A stretch of DNA of 63,568 nt, the filler included, from Salisapilia sapeloensis CBS 127946 (taxonomy: Eukaryota > Protista > Oomycota), in NCBI GenBank assembly GCA_023334545.1. It is 6 parts of 6 records of this genome, joined end to end, with 100 filler letters (N's around TTAATTAATTAA, not from the genome) between each part and the next. Parts side by side here need not be neighbours in the genome. Positions count along the whole stretch, not along the records: positions 34,363 to 54,979 come from JAADVB010000295.1; 5 more parts are not named here. One strand, 5' to 3'. Positions within the stretch are counted from its first letter, which is position 1, and every line of letters begins with the position of its first letter. Both the position numbers and the translations under genes were made by a program. The notes under the pieces are model-generated. The model was not told the DNA's origin, made no database searches, and saw nothing but the letters and a program-made list of their open reading frames with translations. Below are positions 44,874-54,979 of this stretch, piece by piece.

Positions 44874-47800
44874 CTACAGATCCACTTCCTTGCCACGGGA
44901 GCTCTGATGCGCATACCCCGACTGCGCTGGTGTCACGTACGACTGGTGATTCGACATGGGCGTGCGTTCCTCCTCCATGATAGCCATGCTGCCATTCTCC
45001 CGCTTTTCCAGCGTAAAGTAGCTCTCGTCGCCGTGACGAGCAGCATAGGGGTCACGCGCACTCGGTCGTGTCGAGGTGTCGCTGTCTGGAACCCGTCCCT
45101 GGGCCATGTCAATCTCCTTACTCGTGTACCCTTCCTTCTTGAGCTTCCACGTGCGGTAGAAGATGTACACTTGACGGATCATAAGCGCCAGAAGCACGAG
45201 CGCCTGGAGTCCGACGACAGCAAAGCCAACGCCTTCGCGGAGGTCGACTGGGATGCTGTCACTAAAGCTCATGGCGGACGAGGCGAGGAAGACGGTTAAG
45301 AAGAGCGCCGAGATCTTGATGACGCTCACAAACGTAGATGTTCGGTGGACGAACCGAGTCGGGTACGGCTGCTTGGTCTCCATGTAGAAGAGGAAGGCGA
45401 GGTTCAACGCGATGAGGACGACGATCTGCCAGATGCCATTCACCCACACGAGACCGGTCGTGACTCCAGACAAGAGCGCCAAGAGTAGCTTCGGGGCGAA
45501 GAAGAAGCGTCCTTCGAACTTGTACTGGTCGTATAGAGGTCCGTACTTTGCGTGCACTGGTTTGTCAAAGTGGTCGGCCGTGCCCAAGTCCCGCAGCTGG
45601 TCCTCATGCTTGCGAACAATGTACACTCCATAGCAGATCGTACCGACGCTGCCAAAGAGGAAACAGATGATGGACAGGAAGAGCGAGGCATCGATCTGGT
45701 TGTGGTCGATGCAGTAGCAGAACTGGTACGTGGCCGTCACTCCGATGGCGTACTCGGACAGGATTAGAATCATCATGAGCACACCCACCGCCTTGTCTCG
45801 CCACTTCTTGGCAAAGGCAGCAAAGTCCGACACGAACGGCGCAGCACAGAGCAGCAGTAGACCGTAGGCAACGCCAAGAGCCGCGATGAGAACCAGGACA
45901 CCGGCCGCCGTCAAGTAAAAGAGCATATCTTCTCTCACGCCGATGATCTTGGCGTACTTTTCCATTCCCTGGACTTCAGTCACCTCTTCACTGCCAGAGG
46001 ACCCAGAGTCACTGTCTGCTAGTCGACGACGATTGGCCTCGGCAGCTGACCCGTTCTCTTCCGTGTACGTGATGTTCTTAAAGTTCTCCTGGAACCACTC
46101 CCAGTTCTTGAGGAAGCCAAAGGTCGAAGCACTGTAGTACTTGCCCATTTCGTCCATCAGTCGAGGACGTCGGTCCAGGTTCATCTGCGTCATCATCACA
46201 CCAAACTGACAGAACTCGGCCGTCATGAGCGCAGTGCCAGGTGCAGCAGCAAGACTGGTACCGGCAGCACTGGCCACACCCATGGCGCCAGAGATAGCGA
46301 CGGAAGAGATAGCGGCCGTGCCACCCACGTAGGCCGTACCGATGGCTGTCTTGTCCAACTCGGTCTTCTTCGTACCGTCGGCCCAGTGGTTGTGGTCCTC
46401 CAGACCCTTGTTCTCCGGCACTGTGAAGGCACTGTACTCGGCGTTGTTCGTGTTGCCGTTCTTGGACTCATCGTCTCTGGACAGCATGTTTGAGCACTGG
46501 CACTCAGAGAACGTTCCGTCGCCCTTATAGGCGCACTCTTGGTTGGACTTGAAGTTCAGGTCAGTAAATGGCTGCTTCACGATGCCCGTCGTGTCTTCCG
46601 AAGCAGAAAGGAGAGACAGGAGATCCAGCCCTTCATAGATAGAAGAGTCAAAGCCGTCGTCAGAAGCGTAGTCCCACGTGCCAGTACTGTTGTCGCACGC
46701 AGGGAAGCGGCAAAGAGACATGCAGACGCTCATATCCGTGACGTACATACCGCTGTGGACGCCAGAGTACACGAGGCACTCGGACATACTCGCAGCCTCC
46801 TCTGCATCCAACGGGTTTCCGTTGCACGTGAGACCGAGGTTGTTCCAGGCGCTGTAGAATTTCGCGTCACAAGAGAACTCGATCGCTTCGGACGAGCTGT
46901 CGTCGACAGCCACGCTTCCGCCAGCCGATTCAGATGCGTCAAAAGGCAAAGACCCGACGAGGTTTCCGACAGCCGAAGAGACACCGTCCGTGGTGTTTTT
47001 GACAGTCGAAGCAACTCCTTCCGTGGTATTCTTGACAGTCGAAGCAACCCCGTCCGTAGTGTTCTTAAGAGCCGAAGGGACTTTAGCAACAGTATCCGAA
47101 ACACCTCCTACGGTAGAGGCTGCAGTTGACGCCACGGCGTCCGTAGCATCTGTCGCGCCATCCACCACACTACCGACCGTGTCTGTCGTGTCTTTCAAGA
47201 CATTGCCAGTGACTTCATCCAGCAAGAGATGGCGTAGACGTCGACCGTCACCTGAACCAGAGATAGAATTCGTACCGCCAGCACTATCACTCGACTCTTC
47301 TTTTCCAGAGTCGGAAGACGTAGGTTTCGATTGCGATGAAGACTTCGAGTCTGCGGATGGAGCAGGCGAGGCCGTCGTAGGCGCAGGACTCGTCTTTTTC
47401 GGAGGCGCCGTGATGGACCCAGACGAACCATTGTCGGTACTTTTGCTGTCTTCTTTCTTGCTGTCTTCCTTTTTGCTGTCTTCGTTCTTACTGTCGTCCT
47501 TCTTGCTATCGTCCTTGCTATCATCCTTGCCATCGTCCTTGCTGTCATCCTTACTGTCATCGTTGCTATCGCTCAAACTGCTGCCACGCTTCTTGCTATC
47601 ATCCTTTTGGTCGATAGTCACATCCCCACTGCTGGTGCTCGAGTCCATCGAAGCAGAGTCGAGACCGGCAGACATGTCCATGCTGAAAGAGCCAGATGAG
47701 CCGTATGCGCTGGAACCATCCATTGAAGAGAGACCAGAGGCAGAGCCTGCGTAGGAGCCTTTGGATTTGTCACCCTTCTTGGTCGCGTAGACGTTGGAAG

Positions 47801-48131
47801 CAGTCGGCATCGAATACTTGAACGTGCATGTCGTTCCTCCAGTGGAACCACCTGCAACGCCAGCCATGGACCCAGCAGCACTAGCGATAGAACCAGCGGC
47901 ACCAGCGACGGATCCAACGTCACCAGCATCGACATGCAGTGGGTTACCATTGGCATGGTCATCGGCCTTTGGATGGAGAGGAACCCCATTGGCATGGTCG
48001 GGCGTAGTGGATGCAGAGGAGTCTGCAGCGGGTGTTAAGTTAGTAGTGTCAGTCCGCTGACCAGTCGCGAATGATGAGGAAGACGCGACGACAGCTAGTG
48101 CGACCGCGAGAAGCTTCCCCGTCACGCGCAT
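44874..48131 (-). CDS. Signal-peptide membrane protein: mucin-like/repeat ectodomain, Cys-rich domain and TRP-like (fungal FLC/Pkd2-type) multi-pass C-terminus
   Basis: N-terminal hydrophobic signal, S/T/D-rich repeats, a Cys-rich module, then about 7-8 hydrophobic helices with EFCQF, KYGPLYDQYK...FF and QPY motifs seen in TRP-like membrane domains. Confidence 0.8.
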   Translation of the reverse strand: MRVTGKLLAVALAVVASSSSFATGQRTDTTNLTPAADSSASTTPDHANGVPLHPKADDHANGNPLHVDAGDVGSVAGAAGSIASAAGSMAGVAGGSTGGTTCTFKYSMPTASNVYATKKGDKSKGSYAGSASGLSSMDGSSAYGSSGSFSMDMSAGLDSASMDSSTSSGDVTIDQKDDSKKRGSSLSDSNDDSKDDSKDDGKDDSKDDSKKDDSKNEDSKKEDSKKEDSKSTDNGSSGSITAPPKKTSPAPTTASPAPSADSKSSSQSKPTSSDSGKEESSDSAGGTNSISGSGDGRRLRHLLLDEVTGNVLKDTTDTVGSVVDGATDATDAVASTAASTVGGVSDTVAKVPSALKNTTDGVASTVKNTTEGVASTVKNTTDGVSSAVGNLVGSLPFDASESAGGSVAVDDSSSEAIEFSCDAKFYSAWNNLGLTCNGNPLDAEEAASMSECLVYSGVHSGMYVTDMSVCMSLCRFPACDNSTGTWDYASDDGFDSSIYEGLDLLSLLSASEDTTGIVKQPFTDLNFKSNQECAYKGDGTFSECQCSNMLSRDDESKNGNTNNAEYSAFTVPENKGLEDHNHWADGTKKTELDKTAIGTAYVGGTAAISSVAISGAMGVASAAGTSLAAAPGTALMTAEFCQFGVMMTQMNLDRRPRLMDEMGKYYSASTFGFLKNWEWFQENFKNITYTEENGSAAEANRRRLADSDSGSSGSEEVTEVQGMEKYAKIIGVREDMLFYLTAAGVLVLIAALGVAYGLLLLCAAPFVSDFAAFAKKWRDKAVGVLMMILILSEYAIGVTATYQFCYCIDHNQIDASLFLSIICFLFGSVGTICYGVYIVRKHEDQLRDLGTADHFDKPVHAKYGPLYDQYKFEGRFFFAPKLLLALLSGVTTGLVWVNGIWQIVVLIALNLAFLFYMETKQPYPTRFVHRTSTFVSVIKISALFLTVFLASSAMSFSDSIPVDLREGVGFAVVGLQALVLLALMIRQVYIFYRTWKLKKEGYTSKEIDMAQGRVPDSDTSTRPSARDPYAARHGDESYFTLEKRENGSMAIMEEERTPMSNHQSYVTPAQSGYAHQSSRGKEVDL
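46982..47075 (-). repeat. 33-bp coding tandem repeat (about 3 units) encoding (V)KNTT[D/E]GVAST
   Basis: CCGTCCGTGGTGTTTTTGACAGTCGAAGCAAC and near-identical units recur; each unit carries an N-T-T glycosylation sequon. Confidence 0.8.
47445..47570 (-). repeat. 12/15-bp coding repeats encoding DDSK / KEDSK
   Basis: DDSKDDSKDDGKDDSKDDSKKDDSKNEDSKKEDSKKEDSK in the 44874-48131 protein. Confidence 0.8.
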
Positions 48132-48621
48132 ATTTCTCTCGGTGCGGAAGCGTAAATACGACTAGAACCAAGGACAAGTATATCGCCTTGTACTGAGCAC
48201 AAGGGAGTGAAAAGTGGATAGCCAGACGCTTGGCGTTTGGGTGTCTGTCGTAAGCGTGGTGGAAGAGCAAAGGGTGGCAAAGAAGCCAGCGCTGAGTTGG
48301 AAAAACTAATCCACCCAATCAACGTCTGTCACTTCCATTGCAATCGAACGACGACGTCCCTTTTTGTGTGCCCCCATCCATACCTAGCTTCGTTACACAT
48401 ATCTTTTGTGAAAATTTGGGACAGCTACTTTAACTTCCATCGTCAGCCAGCTTCGTAATTCCGCACGAAAACTGCAGCCATTTCGGCCAAATGTTTTTGC
48501 GTCTCGTTACGTAACTTTACTGGCAAAGTCTATGACGACAAGTGCGACAGCACGACACTTGAGATCGGCATACTTGACGAGCACGAAAAGCTCGACGATG
48601 CGATGCAAGCTCAACACGTTT

Positions 48622-49368
48622 TTAGCCAGTACGGAAGCCGAGTGCAAAGCCGACCGCAAATCCGCTACCGGCTGGCAGGCTGAATTCCAGAACGCGCATG
48701 ACGCGTTCGTAGAGTTCGTCCAGGTCCTTGGCGTCCGTTACGCCATCCTACATGTCAACTTCAAGTCAGCTTCAACAAAACGGGAGCCGACTATGCTGAC
48801 GTACATGATTCAGGTCGAGCCATTCCATGATGTCTCGCTCCATCTTCTGGTAGTCCACCTCAATGTAGCCATTGTACGCAGCCGTCTGCATCCCGATGAA
48901 GATGCCACCGACAGCGATGGCGCCAACCTTAGACAATTTGCGAAGCGTAAAGCCAGAGCAAGCGCCCATGATAAAGCCCCACGAGAGCTGACCACCAGCA
49001 CCAGACTTGAGCAGGTCGTTTACATATTGCTGGACGTTGTCAAAGCCGTCTGGCATGGACTTTTGTAGTGACTGTAGCGACGAGATGCCCTTTTCCTGTA
49101 ACTTTTTCTTCAGCTGGTCCATCAGTTCGTGAATCTCCGGATCGTCCTGCGGGTTTTCATTACTCTTCTTCTTTTCCTCTGCTCTCGCCGGTGGGTATGC
49201 CACCAAAGATGCGGATACGACTATACTGGATCCAATGATGAATGCTGGCTTTGCCATAGGGAGTACAATTGTCCCCTCCGACTGTGGCTTTGCATGAAAA
49301 GATCTCGTGTTAACAGTGCGCAGCGGCAAGCGTAGTCGGTGGGGGGAGAGCACTCTTCCGAGCATCAT
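48622..49368 (-). CDS. FUN14-family mitochondrial outer membrane protein, 2 exons
   Basis: GQLSWGFIMGACSGFTLRKLSK...GGIFIGMQ..AYNGYIEVDY. The last exon reads DGVTDAKD...LPAGSGFAVGFALGFRTG* (TAA at 48622-48624). R/L-rich presequence-like N-terminus. Confidence 0.88.
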
Positions 49369-49477
49369 TTTTTTCTATCGGTTCAGCTACTACCGTATCT
49401 CAGAAAACCTTATTCAGTCGACAGTGTTCCATTAAATTCGTTTTGTACCGAGAAGAGTGAGAAAAACGCAAAGCGAG

Positions 49478-50899
49478 ATGGAGTCGACGACGAATGGAGC
49501 TACTGCTGCTGCGAACACACCTAGTCTGTTGCGCCGATACGAAGAGTCTTTAACGAGAGCCATCTCCCCTCGGTCCACACGCGGCCTGTCAGATGCAAAC
49601 GCGCCCTTGGCGTCTCCGTCTGGACCTCGAAGCTCCGCGACGGCAGCCCAGGACCCATCTTTGGCTGTTCGCCCCATGTCCCCTCGAGCCGTCTTGAACT
49701 CTCCTCGGAATTTCGATGAGGTCGACCCGCAATCCTTTCCTTTTCTCCATAGGCGAAATCGAAATCAATTAAAATCCGAGAACAAAGATCAGGACGAATA
49801 TGAAGAAAAACTCCCGGCTTCGGATCAAGACGCACAGGTGCAGCTAGAAGACGTCGACACGACCAACACTGGTGCAGACAAGGGGGACGACTATGGAGAA
49901 GGTTGTCTCATTTGCATGGACGAATTCACAGAACGGAGGAAAGCCTATCCACTGCCGTGTACGAGCAACTGCGTCGGTGCCTACGTCCACTACCGATGCA
50001 TCATGGCATGGCTGGGACAGAGCGGAAGCTGTCCGCTCTGCCGAGGTCTGTGCGATCCGCTCGTGCTAGAACCTCTGGAGCGACTGGAGCTGGACGATAT
50101 TCACAAAGTGGCCTTGCAGCCAGTGCCTCTGGACGCCGGTATCATCCGCTGCTATGTGAAGCAGGTGTACCGAGGTTTGTTCAAACAGTACTCATACGAA
50201 CTGTATATGCAGGGTCAGTTAGGGACGCAGGAGGAAGACCGGTTTCTCCTGACGGCCAAGCGCCAAGTCCGGTCCAACATGACTGCCAACTACACCATCT
50301 ACACGGACCGAGAAGGCTCCGAGGATAGTCGTATTGGTCGCATGGGCTCCAACTTCCTAGGCACGTGCTTCACAATGTACGACAACGGCCGAGATCCGCA
50401 GAAATTAGCCAAGGTCCAGGACGCCATTTGCTCGGAAGACGTCGCGCAGAACGTGCTTCAAATTCGAGAAGAGCTCGGATGCGTCACGTACGAGCCCAAC
50501 CGGACGAGTGTCGGACCGCGGAAGATGCGCGTCGTGATTCCAGACGTGGACGAGAGCGGAGGTGCGTCCAAGGTCGTTCGGCCCATGAGTCGGCAGGACC
50601 GACTCGCCAGTCGACTTGCCAACAACGAAATGAAGGACCTCATGCGCTTTGCCAATCGGGAGCCTGTCTTCCGTGAAGACCTGGGCGCCTACTGCCTCGA
50701 CTTTGGCGGTCGCGTGTCAATGGCGAGCGTCAAGAACTTCCAGCTGATCCACACCGAGGACCCTTCCATGGGCAACGTCCTCCAATTTGGCCGAGTTGCG
50801 GACGACACGTTCACCATGGACTTCCAGTGGCCGCTCTCTCCCTTCCAGGCCTTTGCGATCTGCCTCTCGAGCTGCGACACGAAGCTCGCGTGCGTCTAG
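49478..50899 (+). CDS. RING finger - Tubby domain protein
   Basis: CLIC-x14-C-x3-C-x5-H-x2-C-x10-CPLC at 49904-50041. The Tubby domain has IRCYVK, FLLTAKR, SNFLGTCFTMYD, GPRKM, YCLDFGGRVSMASVKNFQL and FGRV...FTMDFQWPLSPFQAFAICLSS. First ATG at 49478. Confidence 0.92.
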   Translation: MESTTNGATAAANTPSLLRRYEESLTRAISPRSTRGLSDANAPLASPSGPRSSATAAQDPSLAVRPMSPRAVLNSPRNFDEVDPQSFPFLHRRNRNQLKSENKDQDEYEEKLPASDQDAQVQLEDVDTTNTGADKGDDYGEGCLICMDEFTERRKAYPLPCTSNCVGAYVHYRCIMAWLGQSGSCPLCRGLCDPLVLEPLERLELDDIHKVALQPVPLDAGIIRCYVKQVYRGLFKQYSYELYMQGQLGTQEEDRFLLTAKRQVRSNMTANYTIYTDREGSEDSRIGRMGSNFLGTCFTMYDNGRDPQKLAKVQDAICSEDVAQNVLQIREELGCVTYEPNRTSVGPRKMRVVIPDVDESGGASKVVRPMSRQDRLASRLANNEMKDLMRFANREPVFREDLGAYCLDFGGRVSMASVKNFQLIHTEDPSMGNVLQFGRVADDTFTMDFQWPLSPFQAFAICLSSCDTKLACV

Positions 50900-50984
50900 G
50901 CGTGTTTCTTTCGCGACGAAATACTAATGTCTTATATTTCTTTCTCTTTTCTTTTGGCTACACCCTACACTAGTCGCACGAACA

Positions 50985-51947
50985 ATGACGGTACTCCTGC
51001 CGGCGTCCGTAGCTGACGCCAATTGGTTTCTCCTGGCCTCAACGGTCCCTCTTCTTCTTTCCTTCTTGTTACTACGATGGTGGTCTCGATCCAAGCGCAA
51101 TAGAGGCAACGGGCGGATCGTCGTATGGATCCTGATACTCCTCTTTTGGCTACTCATCCTGCTCGGCGTGGGGCTCGAGGCGTACCACGCCAACGACTGT
51201 CCGAACAGCACATCCTTTCACTCGGAGACCAAGTCGGTCGCCAAGTTCCTCCTGGGTTTCCTCAACGCACGTGACTTGCCCTACTGGATTACCTTTGGCG
51301 ACTTGCTCTTCGTACTGCGACAGCAGACGGAGATCCCAGCAAAAGACTCGGACGCAGACGTTGCCATGCTAGATCAGGATTTCTTCCGAACCTTTTCAGA
51401 TGTATACACGTTTGCAAGAGAATTGCAGCAGTATAGCAACACGCCAGTCAATGTCCAATACCGAAGTAACCGCAGTATGATCCAAGTGTACGGTCCAACT
51501 GGCGACTGGGGACCGCACATTGACTTGTGGCTCTTCAACTTGGAAAAGGACAACGTGTCCGATGCACTCGCTGTCGTACACATGGATCGCACGATCCGAG
51601 CCCACCGTTTACCACACGACCAAGTCTTTCCTCTGACGACTGCATCTACTGCGTTTGAGGATGGACCAGTAAAGATACCATTCAACGCTTCTTTCGTCGC
51701 TGAACAAGAGTACGGCAGCAACTTTATGACGCCAGTGATGACGCGACTCGAGTGCATCGAAAACGTGTACAACGGGTTTACTTTCTACAATAATTTTGCT
51801 CTCGGCTTCCTCTACGCGTCTTCCTGGGTCCTACTCAGCTGTGCCTTGACCGTCAGCGTCGTCCTTAAGTTGCCAAAGCAGAGTCAAGCGACCATGCTGA
51901 ACGGCCACAAGTACGCCATGCTACCGACGAAGCAGTCGAAAGACTAA
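50985..51947 (+). CDS. LicD/fukutin-family nucleotidyltransferase-fold membrane protein
   Basis: Two N-terminal TM helices, YWITFGDLLFVLR...IP..DSDAD (LicD G[T/S]LL...DxD pattern), HIDLW, FPL and YG..FMTP, plus a C-terminal TM helix. Confidence 0.75.
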   Translation: MTVLLPASVADANWFLLASTVPLLLSFLLLRWWSRSKRNRGNGRIVVWILILLFWLLILLGVGLEAYHANDCPNSTSFHSETKSVAKFLLGFLNARDLPYWITFGDLLFVLRQQTEIPAKDSDADVAMLDQDFFRTFSDVYTFARELQQYSNTPVNVQYRSNRSMIQVYGPTGDWGPHIDLWLFNLEKDNVSDALAVVHMDRTIRAHRLPHDQVFPLTTASTAFEDGPVKIPFNASFVAEQEYGSNFMTPVMTRLECIENVYNGFTFYNNFALGFLYASSWVLLSCALTVSVVLKLPKQSQATMLNGHKYAMLPTKQSKD

Positions 51948-51990
51948 ACACGAGAACTAGGACGGAAGTTTGTCGTAATACTATTCTTTT

Positions 51991-52700
51991 CTAATCGCTT
52001 AGTAGCTTTTGGATCGACAATGGATCCATGGCCTGGAACTCGTCCGTGTGGATGAGCGAGTCGTGCTCCATGCGGTCAATGTAGAGGACGCCTTCCAGGT
52101 GGTCCATCTCGTGCTGGAAGATCCGAGCCTTGAAGTCCACCATGGTCTCTTCCTCCGTGTCTCCCTTGTCATTCTGGTACTTGACCTGGATCTCCGTCGG
52201 CCGCTGGACTACCGCCATGTACCCAGGGACGCTGAGACACCCTTCAAAGTCCTTTGCCGTCTCTTCACTTGCGCCCACAATTTCCGGGTTGAAGATGGGC
52301 TTGTAACGGAAAGACTTGGCGATCTCCTCTTCCGAAGGCATCTCGCTCTCGTCATCAAAGTCGTCGGCCTCGGGCGGGTTATCCAACACTAAAAAACAAC
52401 GCAAGTTCTCTCCGAGCTGTGGAGCTGCAATGCCAACCCCTGCACTCGCTCGCTAGAAGGCTGTTAAGCATGTCGCTTTACCTCGATTGCATATAAGTAC
52501 GTACGACTTGCTTCTCCAGCGCTTGCACCAGGTTCTTGACGGACGCAGCCGACGTGTCCTCCACCGGCTTGCTCACCCGTCGAAGAGCTGCAAAATACGG
52601 GTTTCCTAAGTATCAACTAGTATACTTATCCTTAAGTATGCTTCGTACCGGGGTTGCCCAGTAGAGCCAAGGCCAATCGCTTCGCTGGTTCTTGCCTCAT
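51991..52700 (-). CDS. PDF: Peptide deformylase, 3 exons; start may extend to in-frame ATGs further upstream (e.g. 52739)
   Basis: Spliced LLGNP/ALRRVSKPV.../GVGIAAPQ, EGCLSVPG and IFQHEMDHLEGVLYIDR: all three deformylase motifs are present. Confidence 0.92.
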
Positions 52701-52906
52701 TTGTCTGTCAAGAAGTTGCTGGCCATCTCGACGTTGCATTCGTTGAAAATCAAGTCTTTCAGTCATTCCATTGGCTATTATACTAGATGTTGTAGTTGTA
52801 ATCTCTTTATATTAGATCAACTTAGTCGTTACAAATGTATTCCTCACAGGCAACTTTAACGGGACTTTCCCGCCAACCTAAAGTTTGCACTTGAAGCCGA
52901 CGCAGC

Positions 52907-54089
52907 ATGGCATCGGACGACGACGACTTTTCACTCGCGTCAGACGAGGAGGTGGAGGAGGAGGAGGAAGTTGTATCGTCTTCCAACCCACCTTCGGATG
53001 ATGACGACTTTGTCAGCGACGACGAAATCACGACACCCAAGAAAGCCGCCAAGACGCCACCCAAGAAGCAGAAAGCAAGCCCATCGAAGAAACGCGGTAT
53101 CCAGTCGACTGCAACTCGAGACGCAGACCAGGACGCAGTCGCGCCACCGACGAAGCAGGCCAAGCCATCACCCAAGAAAGCTACCAAGAGCACGCCCAAG
53201 AAGGCTGCCAAAAGCACACCTCCTGCTGCCAAATGCGCATCGTCTACTGTGAAGCAGACAGCAACGCTGCCTCCCTCCGAGGCCAAGAGGAAAGCTCCCG
53301 CTGCATCTCCACCAGCAACAGCTACCACAGAAGCTACTACCAAGAAAACAGTCTCGGCAGATGACGCTAAGAAGCTCGTTCTAGAGTACATGCAGCAGGC
53401 GAATCGTCCGTATAGCGCAGTGAACGTCTGGGAGAACCTGCACAAGTCGATCCCCAAGCCGACGATCACCAAGATACTGGACACGCTCACGCAGAGGTAC
53501 CTTTGCTATCCTTTTTCCATTATCACTCAGTGCTAAGGCCAAAACAGAGGTGACTTAAAGAGTAAGACGTATGGCAAGTCGGTCATCTACTTTCTCAACC
53601 AGGACAAACTGGACGTCATGACCAAGGCTGAGATGGACGGACTATCGAACAAGATACAGGAGGAAGAGGGTAACGTGGAGGCGATCGAGTCGGAGCTGAA
53701 GAAGAAGACGAGTGAGCTGAATCGGTTGCGGACGCAGCTGTCGGAGGAAGAGCTCGAGAAACGGTTGGAGGCGGCAGGAACGAAAGCCGAGGAGCTCCAA
53801 GTAAAGCTCCAGTCGCTCCAAGATCCGAGTCGGAAGCCCATTTCACCCAACCGGAAGGCCAAGCTGAAGAAGCAGTTCGACAAGTACAAGGTACGTTTAA
53901 TGCAGGGTGAAAAGGATACAGAATGTAACAGACTGTGTGCAGAAAGCGTGGGTCGAGCGGAAGCGGTTGATGACGGACGCCATAGACACGATCGCCGACG
54001 GAATGGAGAAGAAGCCAAAAGCGGTGCAAGACATGCTCGAGCTAGAGACAGACGCCTCAGCTGGTGTCAAGACCATGCCTTGTATTTAG
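52907..54089 (+). CDS. HOP2: Meiotic recombination factor HOP2 (TBPIP) with long N-terminal acidic/basic extension, 3 exons
   Basis: VLEYMQQANRPYSAVNVWENL...ILDTL/ GDLKSKTYGKSVIYFLNQD winged helix, a coiled coil, then WVERKRLMTDAIDTI...ELETD. Introns at about 53498-53549 and 53891-53944. Confidence 0.9.
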
Positions 54090-54579
54090 ACCAGACGAAG
54101 AACGCCAATGGTGCTTATGCGAACGCTCTCTTTCGCCTCTCCTCTATCTCTCTCTTCTTCTTTTCCTAGTTACAGAATGTATTCTTTAATATGTACCAGC
54201 CACACCATGATAATGATCCATACCTTCATGCACTCCTTGTAGCGATCAAAGTGAGCTTGGCACGCATCCGGACGACCTTCATGGTCTGCAAGCAAAAGTT
54301 ATACGACAGGCAGGTGGCATTGGACGAAAGGATGAACGCACCGAGCAGGCAGCGCAGTGACTCTTTCTGAAGCTTGGCGCATTCCTGTCTTGTTCATTAG
54401 CTGTAGCATGTGCACGATGGATAAACCGTCTACGTACGCCCGCATCAAACTTGGTCGGTGCCGTCATTTACTTCTGCTTGCTTTGCGTCGGCAGGAAGGT
54501 TTGGATCTCGAAAAGATGTACAGATCACCACAGATACTTTCTGTCTTGTACTCATACTTCACTTTATTTTTACAGGCAC

Positions 54580-54979
54580 CTAAACAAGTAGGTTGGCGGC
54601 CTCAGTAGCGTATCGAAGGAGACTACTCTCTAGGTCTTCATAAGGCGCCTCTGTCGTGTTAAAGTACTCGGAAGCCATGTCCAAGTTCCCCACGCACCGA
54701 TCGACCTTCACCGGTCGTCTTATCTCTCCAGCCATGTCCGTCCGGTAATACTTTCGCACCACATCGTACTCGGTCCCGCCATTAAACTGCTGTATATGAG
54801 TCCACGCAAGCTTCCCTTGCGCATCCTCTCCCTTCCCGGTTACTTTTTTTGAATTTCGGTGAAAGAAGACAGGGTTTCCATCCATATCATGTTGCACCAT
54901 GGTCATGCCACAGTATTGGTCGCGCCGTGACTTGGCTCCTTTCCAACGCATAAATCCGGCCGTCCCGGGAGGATATGGG
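54580..54979 (-). CDS. C-terminal fragment of an oomycete-type alpha-mannosyltransferase-like (nucleotide-diphospho-sugar transferase) protein; 5' end lost at contig edge
   Basis: PYPPGTAG...YCGMTMVQHDMDGNPVFFHRNSKK...WTHIQQF matches the CG.TMVQ.D..G...F.HRN..K pattern of this family. Confidence 0.6.

Noticed and set aside
47225-47250. RRLR matches the RxLR effector motif
   Set aside because: It lies about 300 residues from the signal peptide in a multi-pass membrane protein, with no dEER. A protease site is the better explanation.
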